Position numbers and translations under genes: made by a program
Shown here: piece by piece, positions 18,368 through 26,883 of the stretch
How the letters are laid out: every line of letters starts with the position of its first letter
How positions within the stretch are numbered: position 1 is the first letter of the stretch
Assembly: GCF_018598225.1 (NCBI RefSeq)
Contig: NZ_JAHESF010000007.1
Coordinates: 68,554-132,553, forward strand
DNA: 64,000 nt
From: Chryseosolibacter histidini
GTDB lineage: Bacteria > Bacteroidota > Bacteroidia > Cytophagales > Cyclobacteriaceae
Reading direction: 5' to 3'
Notes under the pieces: generated by a model
Databases searched by the model: none
Told to the model about the DNA's origin: nothing
Seen by the model: the letters and a program-made list of their open reading frames with translations, nothing else

Positions 18368-19153
18368 ATGTTATTATCAAAACTAACACCAGCAGAAACA
18401 CTGCTGATCAGAGACGGAAGCCAGGCTCCCGTCAGAGAATTACTGAAATTCACATTCATGGACCTGCTGCTGAAACAGGTGCTGCGTGCTGAAGATGTGG
18501 AACGGCAGCTCAACCTGCGGGATCCCGTGCGGACCTATAAATATGTATCGAGGGGTGAAAATTTCCCGGAACATAACATCCTGGCCCATGAGCTGACTTT
18601 TCTGTTGCCTTACCGGAAAAACGAGGATACCAGGATGTTGTTCAGGAACTGTATCCAGGTAGGTTATGAAAACGCCCGGTCTAAAAGAGCACTGCATAAA
18701 ACGATCAGGTTGTCGCCGGAGCTTCAGAATGCTTTCACAGCATCGCTGATACAAAAGGTCTTTGGTGAATATGAACATACCGCCCATGGACTGTTGCTCA
18801 AACAACAGGTAGAAAGTGAAATACGGCAACTGGAACGGGAGCTGCCGCCGCTGATCGCCACTGACAGGGAAAAAGCAATGGAGAAGCTGAAGATCATCGG
18901 CGGAAATGTATTCCTGTTGCAGGGTCTCAACTTCGCGGTGTTGAAGGTGATCGATGAAGCCTTTGCAGAAACGTTCATACCTGAGAGCACCAGTAGTTGC
19001 GGCGGAAGCTGGACAACCTTCAACACTTACAGCGATGACTTCGATAGCGCCAGCGATTCTAACGGCAACGGATGCAGCTCCGGTGACAGCAGTGGATGCG
19101 GCTCCGGCGACAGCGGTTGTGGCGGTGGATGCGGTGGCTGTGGTGGAGACTAG
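18368..19153 (+). CDS. Hypothetical protein with C-terminal Cys/Gly/Ser-rich low-complexity tail (TIGR04222-like architecture, tentative)
   Basis: 261 aa ending ...SCGGSWTTFNTYSDDFDSASDSNGNGCSSGDSSGCGSGDSGCGGGCGGCGGD. Starts 4 bp after the previous CDS. Confidence 0.45.
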   Translation: MLLSKLTPAETLLIRDGSQAPVRELLKFTFMDLLLKQVLRAEDVERQLNLRDPVRTYKYVSRGENFPEHNILAHELTFLLPYRKNEDTRMLFRNCIQVGYENARSKRALHKTIRLSPELQNAFTASLIQKVFGEYEHTAHGLLLKQQVESEIRQLERELPPLIATDREKAMEKLKIIGGNVFLLQGLNFAVLKVIDEAFAETFIPESTSSCGGSWTTFNTYSDDFDSASDSNGNGCSSGDSSGCGSGDSGCGGGCGGCGGD

Positions 19154-19166
19154 TTATCTTTGTATC

Positions 19167-19451
19167 ATGAAACCAGTGATCAATATTGAATATTGTCCCA
19201 AGTGCGGCTGGATGCTGCGCGCTGCCTACTTCGCCCAGGAGATCCTTACCACCTTTACGGAAGATGTTCATGGGGTGATGCTCCAACCCAGTGAGGTGAA
19301 CGGGCGTTTTGTGGTGCGGATCGATGGAAATGAGATATTTGACAGGAAACAATCAGGGCGATTTCCTGAGACCAAAGAGCTCAAACAACTGATCCGCGAC
19401 GTGATCAATCCGGAGAAAGACCTGGGGCATTCCGATAAGAAGAATGGATAG
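19167..19451 (+). CDS. Rdx-family (SelW/SelT-like) thioredoxin-fold redox protein, Cys-containing CxxC variant
   Basis: 94 aa beginning MKPVINIEYCPKCGWMLRAAYFAQEIL. A CxxC in the position of the selenoprotein W CxxU motif, followed by beta-alpha-beta topology-compatible sequence. Confidence 0.6.
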   Translation: MKPVINIEYCPKCGWMLRAAYFAQEILTTFTEDVHGVMLQPSEVNGRFVVRIDGNEIFDRKQSGRFPETKELKQLIRDVINPEKDLGHSDKKNG

Positions 19452-19501
19452 TTGCCTACCTTGACTATCTTTGGCAGGATGTTGTGAATTATTTTTAAGT
19501 C

Positions 19502-20521
19502 ATGCCCATGCCATTAAGAATATCTCTTTTCTCTCTTTTATTTATCAGCGCTTCTGTTGTTGCACAAGACGTCAGGAACCTCGTACTGGAAGGGGCCGGT
19601 GTAAGGGGCGTTGCTTACGTTGGCGCCATCAAATACCTCGAAGAAAAGGGAATGATAAAAGACCTTCACAAGGTAGCCGGAACTTCAGCGGGAGCGATCG
19701 CGGCGCTGGCAGTATCCCTGGGATATAACAGCCAGGAAATCGAGGACCTGATCTACAAAACCAAACTTCAGAAATTCAATGATGGGAGGTTCTTTTTCAT
19801 CGGCGGTTTTACACGATTGAATCGCAACTACGGCTGGTATCGCGGCAGCGCTTTTACACATTGGCTGGAAAAGATCATTGAAGACAAGACCGGTAATAAA
19901 GACATCACGTTCCAGGAATTGCATGCGCGGAAATTCAAAGATCTTTATGTGACGGGCACAAGCCTCAACCACCAAAAGCTGATCGTGTTCTCTTATCAAT
20001 CGTATCCAAACATGAAAGTGAAGGATGCCGTCAGGATCAGCATGTCCATACCCCTGTACTTTGAAGCGGTGATCATCGATTCTTCAGGGCATGTGCTGAA
20101 CCGGAAACAAGCAAATGCGTATCATGACCTCGTTGTAGACGGCGGGCTTACGGGCAATTTCCCTATCACCGTCTTCGACAGCGTGAGCACCGACCATGGC
20201 GTTGTAAAACGGAGCGCCAATCCTGCCACCATCGGAATCCGGATAGACACACCGGAGCAGATCAGGTACGACTCCCTGGGAAAGGGACTGGCACCGATCC
20301 CCATCCAACGCTTCAGAAACTACATGGCTGCCTTCTATAGCTACGCGATCGAGAACCTCAACCGCGTGCCACTCATCAGCCAGGATTGGCAGAGAACGGT
20401 ATCGATAAGCTCGGGAGATATCGGTCCGAAGATCAGGAAGCTCTCCGTTGAAGAAAAGGATCTCCTTATCGGTAACGGCTATGCTGCCATGGAAAGGTTC
20501 TGCAACACACGAAAGCAGTAG
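19502..20521 (+). CDS. Patatin-like phospholipase, secreted
   Basis: Signal peptide. Oxyanion region LEGAGVRGVAYVGAIKYLEE, GTSAG nucleophile (GxSxG), and DGG catalytic Asp motif (VVDGGLTGNFP). Confidence 0.85.
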   Translation: MPMPLRISLFSLLFISASVVAQDVRNLVLEGAGVRGVAYVGAIKYLEEKGMIKDLHKVAGTSAGAIAALAVSLGYNSQEIEDLIYKTKLQKFNDGRFFFIGGFTRLNRNYGWYRGSAFTHWLEKIIEDKTGNKDITFQELHARKFKDLYVTGTSLNHQKLIVFSYQSYPNMKVKDAVRISMSIPLYFEAVIIDSSGHVLNRKQANAYHDLVVDGGLTGNFPITVFDSVSTDHGVVKRSANPATIGIRIDTPEQIRYDSLGKGLAPIPIQRFRNYMAAFYSYAIENLNRVPLISQDWQRTVSISSGDIGPKIRKLSVEEKDLLIGNGYAAMERFCNTRKQ

Positions 20522-20535
20522 CCCCTTACTTTCTT

Positions 20536-21444
20536 TTAAAAATTCTCAAACACAATTTCTTTGTTCACGATGGCACCCGTGGTTGTTCCCATACCAACCG
20601 CATTCGCTACAGTTCGCATACGGGTGGTGTTGTCGCCACAGGCAAAAACCCCTTCTACTGTGGTCTTGTGAAATGCATCGATCTTAATATATCCATCATC
20701 CGAAAGATCGCAACCCAACGCTTGTGGGATCATGCAATGCTGCTCGAAGGCACAACGCGCATACACGGCCTCAACGGAAAACGCCGTGCCATCCTGGAAG
20801 CGGACCCGTTCAACATGGCCGCTGCGATGCTCCAGTTTCTCAATCGCTGTTTCAATCACTTTTATATTGTGCTTACCGAGCCTGGCACGTTGTTCGGCAG
20901 TAAGCGTAGACGGTCCGTTGGTCAGCAGCGTGAGGTTATCAGTCCAGTTTGAGATCAGCGTACCGAACTCAAAGGCATACTCACCGTTGCCCAGGATGGC
21001 CGTCTTTTTATGGCGCACTTCGTACCCGTGACAATACGGGCAGTGAAGTACCGAGATGCCCCAACATTCGGCAAAACCATCCAGGTCGGGCATGATATCC
21101 CTGACACCGGTGGCAAAGATCAGCTTCTTCGCAGAAAATGTTTGGCCTGATGCCGTGCTGATCTCGAAGCCCTTCGCCGTTTTGACACCCTGGGTAGCAA
21201 CGTCTGCGATAAGCTTCACGGTATCATACCTTTCCACCTGCTGCCTTGCCAGCGCTGCAATTTCTGCGGGAGCCTTTCCATCGTGTGTCAGAAAGTTATG
21301 CGAGTGAGGGGTTTGCCTGTTGCACGGTTTTCCGCTATCGATGATCAAAACCTTTCGCAATGCCCGGCCCAAAGCCATACCGGCGGCAAGTCCTGAATAG
21401 CTGCCACCAACAATGATCACATCAAAGCGCGTATCATCAAACAT
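20536..21444 (-). CDS. NAD(P)/FAD-dependent oxidoreductase, thioredoxin-reductase-like
   Basis: N-terminal dinucleotide-binding FDVIIVGGSYSGLAAGMALGR. A second Rossmann segment. CPYCHGYE redox-active-like Cys pair. Confidence 0.75.
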   Translation of the reverse strand: MFDDTRFDVIIVGGSYSGLAAGMALGRALRKVLIIDSGKPCNRQTPHSHNFLTHDGKAPAEIAALARQQVERYDTVKLIADVATQGVKTAKGFEISTASGQTFSAKKLIFATGVRDIMPDLDGFAECWGISVLHCPYCHGYEVRHKKTAILGNGEYAFEFGTLISNWTDNLTLLTNGPSTLTAEQRARLGKHNIKVIETAIEKLEHRSGHVERVRFQDGTAFSVEAVYARCAFEQHCMIPQALGCDLSDDGYIKIDAFHKTTVEGVFACGDNTTRMRTVANAVGMGTTTGAIVNKEIVFENF

Positions 21445-21480
21445 TTGTTCTTGTTTTAAGGGTTGTTACTGAAGAGGCAA

Positions 21481-21720
21481 CTATTTCCGCTCACTCATTT
21501 TCATGCCGTTTCCGGGTGACAGCAGGCGGATCACCCGGTCGACAAAAGGAACGCCCACAAAAATCATCCATGGAACCAATAAAAAAGTTAACACGAATGT
21601 GCGCTGATATAAGGGCAAAACAGACAACGCTTCACCGAAAGCATAAAGAAACAATGTAATGGACGGATAGATCACCACCCAGATCTTCAGGGCGGCAAAC
21701 AGCTTCATTTTTGGGCTCAT
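21481..21720 (-). CDS. Small hypothetical membrane protein (two predicted TM helices)
   Basis: 79 aa, hydrophobic (IWVVIYPSITLFLYAF...LTFLLVPWMIFVGVPFV). Confidence 0.35.
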   Translation of the reverse strand: MSPKMKLFAALKIWVVIYPSITLFLYAFGEALSVLPLYQRTFVLTFLLVPWMIFVGVPFVDRVIRLLSPGNGMKMSERK

Positions 21721-21809
21721 CAGAAAAATACTTTTACGATCTTATTCTATGGCAAAAATATGGTTGACGAAGGCACCCGGAACAGGACAAAATTGAAATT
21801 GCGTGGTAC

Positions 21810-22670
21810 TTATCTGAAATTATGCCGGAAGGTTTCCGGTGAGTACCCCGTTTGTTTTTTAAAGAACCTGGTGAAATAGGAAGCATCGTCGTAGCCCAGG
21901 TCACAGGCGATCTGGTTTACCTGGCTGGTGGTTCCCAGCAGGAATCGTTTTGCCTCCAGCACCACCTGGTCGTTGATCAGCTCCGAGCAGGTTTTACCAA
22001 GGGTTGTTTTGGTGATCGCGTTCAGCTGGTACGGCGAAAGATTCAGCATGTCCGCGTATTGAGACACTTGCTTGTGGTCAATGATATGCGTTTCCAAAAG
22101 CTCCAGAAGCTCTTCCAGGCGCTCCTGCGCATACGTGTTGACGTCGCCGGCATCAGTGGCATTCTTCTTTTGCCTGAGAAGCTCGATGAAAAAAATGCTC
22201 AGGTTCGCCTTGATGATCTGCTGATATCCGTCGCCCTGTGTTGCGTACTCCCGGAAGATGTAACTGAGTACAGCTCCTAACTTTTCGAAATCTCCTGCAT
22301 CAGGCTGGTACACGTTCTGATGGCTTGCCTGGCGCAGCAGTTTCCGCGAGGGCTTATCGTCAGGATAATAGAAGCCTGAATCAAATTGCATGAGATATCC
22401 GGTGCTTCCGGCCTTCAGGGTGAGCTGGTGCGCCTGTCCCGGCCGCAGAAAGAACACGGAACGGTCGTTCACCGGAAAGGACTGAAAATCTATTTTATGA
22501 TCACCCGCGCCTTTTTCGAGCGCCAGCATAAAAAAGAAGTTATGCCTGTGGGGCTCGCCTGCAATGTCTTTGCCGGCGAGCAGGTCGCGGACGTCGCGTA
22601 TCACGAAGCCTGTGGTGGCATGCGACTTACATTGAACCGATGGGAAGTGCCTGACGGGGATGGTTTCCAT
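21810..22670 (-). CDS. AraC-family transcriptional regulator (cupin N-domain plus HTH)
   Basis: C-terminal AraC HTH (YADMLNLSPYQLNAITKTTLGKTCSELINDQVVLEAKRFLLGTTSQVNQIACDLGYDDASYFTRFFKKQTGYSPETFR). Confidence 0.85.
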   Translation of the reverse strand: METIPVRHFPSVQCKSHATTGFVIRDVRDLLAGKDIAGEPHRHNFFFMLALEKGAGDHKIDFQSFPVNDRSVFFLRPGQAHQLTLKAGSTGYLMQFDSGFYYPDDKPSRKLLRQASHQNVYQPDAGDFEKLGAVLSYIFREYATQGDGYQQIIKANLSIFFIELLRQKKNATDAGDVNTYAQERLEELLELLETHIIDHKQVSQYADMLNLSPYQLNAITKTTLGKTCSELINDQVVLEAKRFLLGTTSQVNQIACDLGYDDASYFTRFFKKQTGYSPETFRHNFR

Positions 22671-22715
22671 GGCTGGGTAACCAATTTAGCGGCCGGTTTG
22701 GTTCAAAGGCACACA

Positions 22716-22758
22716 AAAAAAGCCCCCAGTTAGCTGGAGGCTTCGATTTTTTACCTGT
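22716..22758 (-). terminator. Probable intrinsic terminator for the RRM-protein gene
   Basis: On the minus strand the sequence reads agcctccagctaactgggggcttttttt, a stem (with G-U) followed by a T-run. It lies immediately 3' of the CDS ending at 22767. Confidence 0.45.
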
Positions 22759-22766
22759 TGGAGCGA

Positions 22767-23102
22767 TTACCATTTCTTGTTGTAACCACCGCGGTCGCCA
22801 CCGCCGTAGCCACCACTTCTGCCGCTGTTGCCATATCCACCACCACCGCGTGGCGCATCTGTTTTCGGGCGGGCTTCGTTCACGACCAATTCCTTGCCTT
22901 GAAAATTATATCCATTCAATTCACTGATGGCTTGTTTTGCAGAAGCACTATCTGCCATTTCTACGAAACCGAAACCACGGCTACGGTTTGTCAATTTGTC
23001 CATGATGATCTTGGCTGAAGTAACCTCACCATGCTGCTCGAATAATTCCTTTAACTCATCATCCGATGCTTTAAAAGAAATGTTTGCTACGTAAATGTTC
23101 AT
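22767..23102 (-). CDS. Glycine-rich RNA-binding protein with single RRM
   Basis: RNP-2 IYVANI and RNP-1 RGFGFVEM motifs. C-terminal GGGGYGNSGRSGGYGGGDRGG tail. Confidence 0.9.
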   Translation of the reverse strand: MNIYVANISFKASDDELKELFEQHGEVTSAKIIMDKLTNRSRGFGFVEMADSASAKQAISELNGYNFQGKELVVNEARPKTDAPRGGGGYGNSGRSGGYGGGDRGGYNKKW

Positions 23103-23176
23103 TGTTGAAAAATTAAAAGTGTAAATAGTTAAGATCAGTTCTGTGTAAGTACCTCGTGTTTGAAGGTGTCAATTTG

Positions 23177-23446
23177 CTATTCCATTTCATAATAGTGCTT
23201 CCATAATTCATAAAGCTTCGGTTCCAGCAATGGATTCAAAGGAACCAGACTTTCCGGGACAAATACTTTATTCTCCAGCAAATGCAATTCTCCGTTGCCG
23301 TCTTCCCACCTGACGTCGCATGAAACTTCCGCGCCAAAGCTCTTCATAGGAACTACCAACGTCCGCTCAGCGGGAACCTGATAATGCGTTTCATAACGTT
23401 TGATCCTTTCGCGGACAATTTTATATGGTTTTGCAAGTTTGATCAT
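23177..23446 (-). CDS. Hypothetical small protein
   Basis: 89 aa ORF between the desaturase and the RRM gene on the same strand. No recognisable motif. Confidence 0.35.
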   Translation of the reverse strand: MIKLAKPYKIVRERIKRYETHYQVPAERTLVVPMKSFGAEVSCDVRWEDGNGELHLLENKVFVPESLVPLNPLLEPKLYELWKHYYEME

Positions 23447-23456
23447 ATTGGATTCA

Positions 23457-24569
23457 TTAAGCGCACACGGTTGCCAAAGTGGTTTTTTTACCCAGTTGTT
23501 TCAGGAGTCGCGCATGTCCTGCCAAAGCGGAAAGAAACGTTCTGGATGTTTTGTAAGGCAAGCCAAATTCAAACGCGGTCGACTTTACAATGGAGGCTAT
23601 TTTCCGATAATGCACATGACAGACATTCGGAAACAAATGATGCTCGATCTGAAAATTCAATCCACCCACATACCACGAAAACCATTTGCTGTTATTTCCA
23701 AAGTTTGTTGTAGTGAGCAGCTGATGTACGGCCCAGCTGTTCTCGAGGGTTCCGCTTTCATCCGGTAACGGAAATTCAGTTCCTTCGATCACGTGCGCTG
23801 GCTGGAAGATGATGGCCAGGATAAATCCGGAGACATAGTGCATGATCATAATTCCCAGCAACACCTGCCACCATAGCAGCGATGTCAGCACGAATGGAAT
23901 AACAAAAGTATAACCGATGTATACAATTTTGGTCAAAATGAGGATTGCCCACTCCGTCGCTACATTTGCCTCCTGGCTTTTAGCGAGTCCGTTGTGCTGA
24001 TACCGGTAGAGTCTTGAAAAGTCCTTATAAAAGATCCAAACAACGGTCATCAGGCCGTACAGGAACCAAGCATATATGAACTGGTATTTATGGATCTTCT
24101 TCCAGCGGGAATGAGGCGTGAGGCGGAGCGCGCCCCTGGGACTGATGTCTTCATCTTCTTCGTGAACATTTGTATAGGAGTGATGAAGAACATTGTGCTG
24201 CATCTTCCAGTTGAAAGCTGAAACGCCCAACAGGTTGATGGAATGCCCGAAGAATTTGTTCACCCATTTCTTTTTGGAGTATGCGCCATGGTTCGCGTCA
24301 TGCATCACTGACAAGCCGATGCCCGCCAATCCAATGCCCAACACCACGGTGAGCAGCAGCAACGCCCACGGGTTAGTCACCAAACCTGACACGATCAGAA
24401 AATAAGGTACGAGGTAGAGTGTGAACATCAGGATGCTCTTCACAAGCATCTCGGCATTTCCCTGCCTGGCGATATTATTGGTCTTAAAATATTCGTTAAC
24501 CCGCTTATTCAATGTTGTTACGAAATCCCGCTGACCACCGGAGAATTTAATTGTGATTGATCTACTCAT
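23457..24569 (-). CDS. Membrane fatty-acid desaturase (three His-box family)
   Basis: His boxes HDANHGAY, HNVLHHSYTNV and HHLFPNVCHVHY. Multiple TM helices. Confidence 0.85.
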   Translation of the reverse strand: MSRSITIKFSGGQRDFVTTLNKRVNEYFKTNNIARQGNAEMLVKSILMFTLYLVPYFLIVSGLVTNPWALLLLTVVLGIGLAGIGLSVMHDANHGAYSKKKWVNKFFGHSINLLGVSAFNWKMQHNVLHHSYTNVHEEDEDISPRGALRLTPHSRWKKIHKYQFIYAWFLYGLMTVVWIFYKDFSRLYRYQHNGLAKSQEANVATEWAILILTKIVYIGYTFVIPFVLTSLLWWQVLLGIMIMHYVSGFILAIIFQPAHVIEGTEFPLPDESGTLENSWAVHQLLTTTNFGNNSKWFSWYVGGLNFQIEHHLFPNVCHVHYRKIASIVKSTAFEFGLPYKTSRTFLSALAGHARLLKQLGKKTTLATVCA

Positions 24570-24981
24570 CGGGGCAATTTTTTAATTCAAGGAATGCGTT
24601 GATGGCAGCCAGCCGATCGAAAATACCAGGCAACAGACCTCTGCTATTGCTCAACAAATCGTAGGTATACTGCCTATTAACTGAGGAGATTTAAGAAACT
24701 ACTGTGGGCAGAACCAGGTGCAGTGAATTAACTTTTCCGCAATTGACCTTGTAAAGGTAGCACATTTAGCGATAATTCCTACCCTAATCCATCCACCAGT
24801 ATCACAAGCGGCTGTAACGCGATCCATGTTCATGGTAGCGAATCCCACAAAAAAAGCTACCTTTGTCCACTTATTAATCTATTCACCCGCTCAAAGATTC
24901 TTATCTGCTCATCCCCACACTTCAAGATAAGCTATTTGAAGAACACTTTAGTAAGGCATCGCTATAAATGCTTGTAAAGCG

Positions 24982-25380
24982 ATGAATGGAGGTTCTCCGG
25001 TATACGGCGGTGTGAAAAATTTGAACAACCAGTCAAAAACAAAACTTATGACAGGAAAAATCTATACTCCGGTATGGAGCAAGTACAGGCCCGCGATCTT
25101 AAAGATGATGATTGATTCAGCGAACGAACCACAATCTTATCAGCTTTCAAATCACGAATTCAAGGCATTGAATCCGAAGCAAAAAGGTGGATATACGTTC
25201 GCCTTGCAGGTATCATCAGGAAAGGCACTCAGCGGCCTTAAAGACTCCGCCATTGCCCACGATCTTTGGGAGATCCTGCAGCTTTCCGGAAAAGCGAGTG
25301 AATTGATCTCCAACGCCACGTACGAGTTCTCGATGGACAAACAATTTGTTCTGCGTGTGAACAAAATCAGTAGTAATTAA
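24982..25380 (+). CDS. Hypothetical protein
   Basis: 132 aa ORF with no recognisable motif. Located between the desaturase promoter region and the CSD gene. Confidence 0.35.
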   Translation: MNGGSPVYGGVKNLNNQSKTKLMTGKIYTPVWSKYRPAILKMMIDSANEPQSYQLSNHEFKALNPKQKGGYTFALQVSSGKALSGLKDSAIAHDLWEILQLSGKASELISNATYEFSMDKQFVLRVNKISSN

Positions 25381-25398
25381 GCAACCCAGACCAACCAT

Positions 25399-25839
25399 AT
25401 GGCAGATACCTTCAACAAGAAAGAAGTACAAAAGAGAAAACAGCAAAAAAAGAAAGACAAGGAACAGCGGAAAGCTGAACGGAAAGCCAATGCCAAAGCG
25501 GGCCAATCGCTTGAAGACATGATGGCCTACATCGACGAAAACGGCAATATTTCTTCAACACCACCGGACCCTTCTAAAAAGAAGGTCATCAATAACAGTG
25601 AAATAGTGATCGGCTCAAGAAACACGGGAGAGGTTGTCACCGATCTCACCAGAAAGGGCCGCGTCATGTTCTTCAACGAATCCAAGGGTTATGGATTCAT
25701 CAAGGATACCAAAACAGCGGAAAGCATATTCGTACATGCCAACGCACTGACCATTGCTATCAAAGAGAACGACATGGTCTCTTTTGAGACAGAAAGAACG
25801 GTCAAGGGCTTACAGGCCATCAGGATAAAAAAGGTCTGA
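25399..25839 (+). CDS. Cold-shock-domain protein with N-terminal Lys/Glu-rich extension
   Basis: C-terminal CSD core GRVMFFNESKGYGFIKDTKTAESIFVHANAL. N-terminal KKEVQKRKQQKKKDKEQRKAERKANAKAG low-complexity region. Confidence 0.8.
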   Translation: MADTFNKKEVQKRKQQKKKDKEQRKAERKANAKAGQSLEDMMAYIDENGNISSTPPDPSKKKVINNSEIVIGSRNTGEVVTDLTRKGRVMFFNESKGYGFIKDTKTAESIFVHANALTIAIKENDMVSFETERTVKGLQAIRIKKV

Positions 25840-25950
25840 GCAGCCGTATAGCAAAACGTGTATCTGTCGCGTTACTGCTTCGGTTCGAACCATTCCACAA
25901 AATTTCCGGAAGGGATCAACGGGCAGGATCTGGGCACCACAGGGCCGGTC

Positions 25951-26883
25951 TCAATACGAAGTGATCTCTGACGAGCGGATGATGGGTTTGTTCTTCACGG
26001 CCTCGTACGGAATGATGGTGATATCATTCTCTTTCGGGCGAAGCGTCAGCTTTACAAGGATACCACGATGCGTGATCGTCCTCGGGTTATCGAAGATAAG
26101 GTTGCCAAGGCTGTAGAACACCGGCTTGCCATTGATGCGCTCATACGTTTGAACAACATGCGGATGGTGCCCGATGATCAGGTCCGTTCCCACCATTACC
26201 AACGCTTTTGCCTGCTCACGCTGCGTTGCCGTAGGCGTTGATTGATATTCCACACCCCAGTGCAGGGTAACAACAATAAAGGATGCGGGATGCGCCGCCC
26301 GGTACGCCGACACCGACTGAACCAGATCATCGATACTCGCCTGGCACATTCCCGGGCTGTCATCCAGGTACATCCAGCCCTCCAGTGGAAGTGTAACGCT
26401 CGAAAAGATGGCCACTTCCATTCCATTCTTCAAAAGCACTACGGGTGCACAGGCAGCTGTTTGCGTCTGACCAAATCCGATGGGGGTGATGCCCGAAAGC
26501 GCCATGTTCCTGGCTGTTGAGACCAGGCCATCCCGGCCCTGATCATAGCTGTGGTTGTTGGCCAGTATGCCGTGCGTGATACCGGCCTTGCGCAGGTCTG
26601 CAAGCCACGCCGGTTCTGCCCTGAATACATATTTTTTCGTCAGCGGCGCAACGATGTCTGTTGCAGGGCACTCGAGGTTGATGATCGTATAATCTGCCTT
26701 GCTGATCTCGGGTATAAGATCGTCTGTAAAATATCCCATACCCTGGCGGCTGATCTGCACACGAATGCCACGGTCGAGCATCACATCGCCACCGAAGATC
26801 ACCGAAAGCTCCTGCGCCGGCTTGTGCCCGCACGCCATCAGCAGCAAGATGAACCACCAATTCGCGCGCAACGATCTCAGCAT
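25951..26883 (-). CDS. CapA-family (poly-gamma-glutamate synthesis-type) metallophosphatase lipoprotein
   Basis: IFGGDVMLDRGI N-terminal motif. GHHPHV, HWGVEY and NLIFDN motifs typical of CapA/calcineurin-like metallophosphoesterases. Start chosen at MLRSLRANWWFILLLMACG. Confidence 0.75.
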   Translation of the reverse strand: MLRSLRANWWFILLLMACGHKPAQELSVIFGGDVMLDRGIRVQISRQGMGYFTDDLIPEISKADYTIINLECPATDIVAPLTKKYVFRAEPAWLADLRKAGITHGILANNHSYDQGRDGLVSTARNMALSGITPIGFGQTQTAACAPVVLLKNGMEVAIFSSVTLPLEGWMYLDDSPGMCQASIDDLVQSVSAYRAAHPASFIVVTLHWGVEYQSTPTATQREQAKALVMVGTDLIIGHHPHVVQTYERINGKPVFYSLGNLIFDNPRTITHRGILVKLTLRPKENDITIIPYEAVKNKPIIRSSEITSY

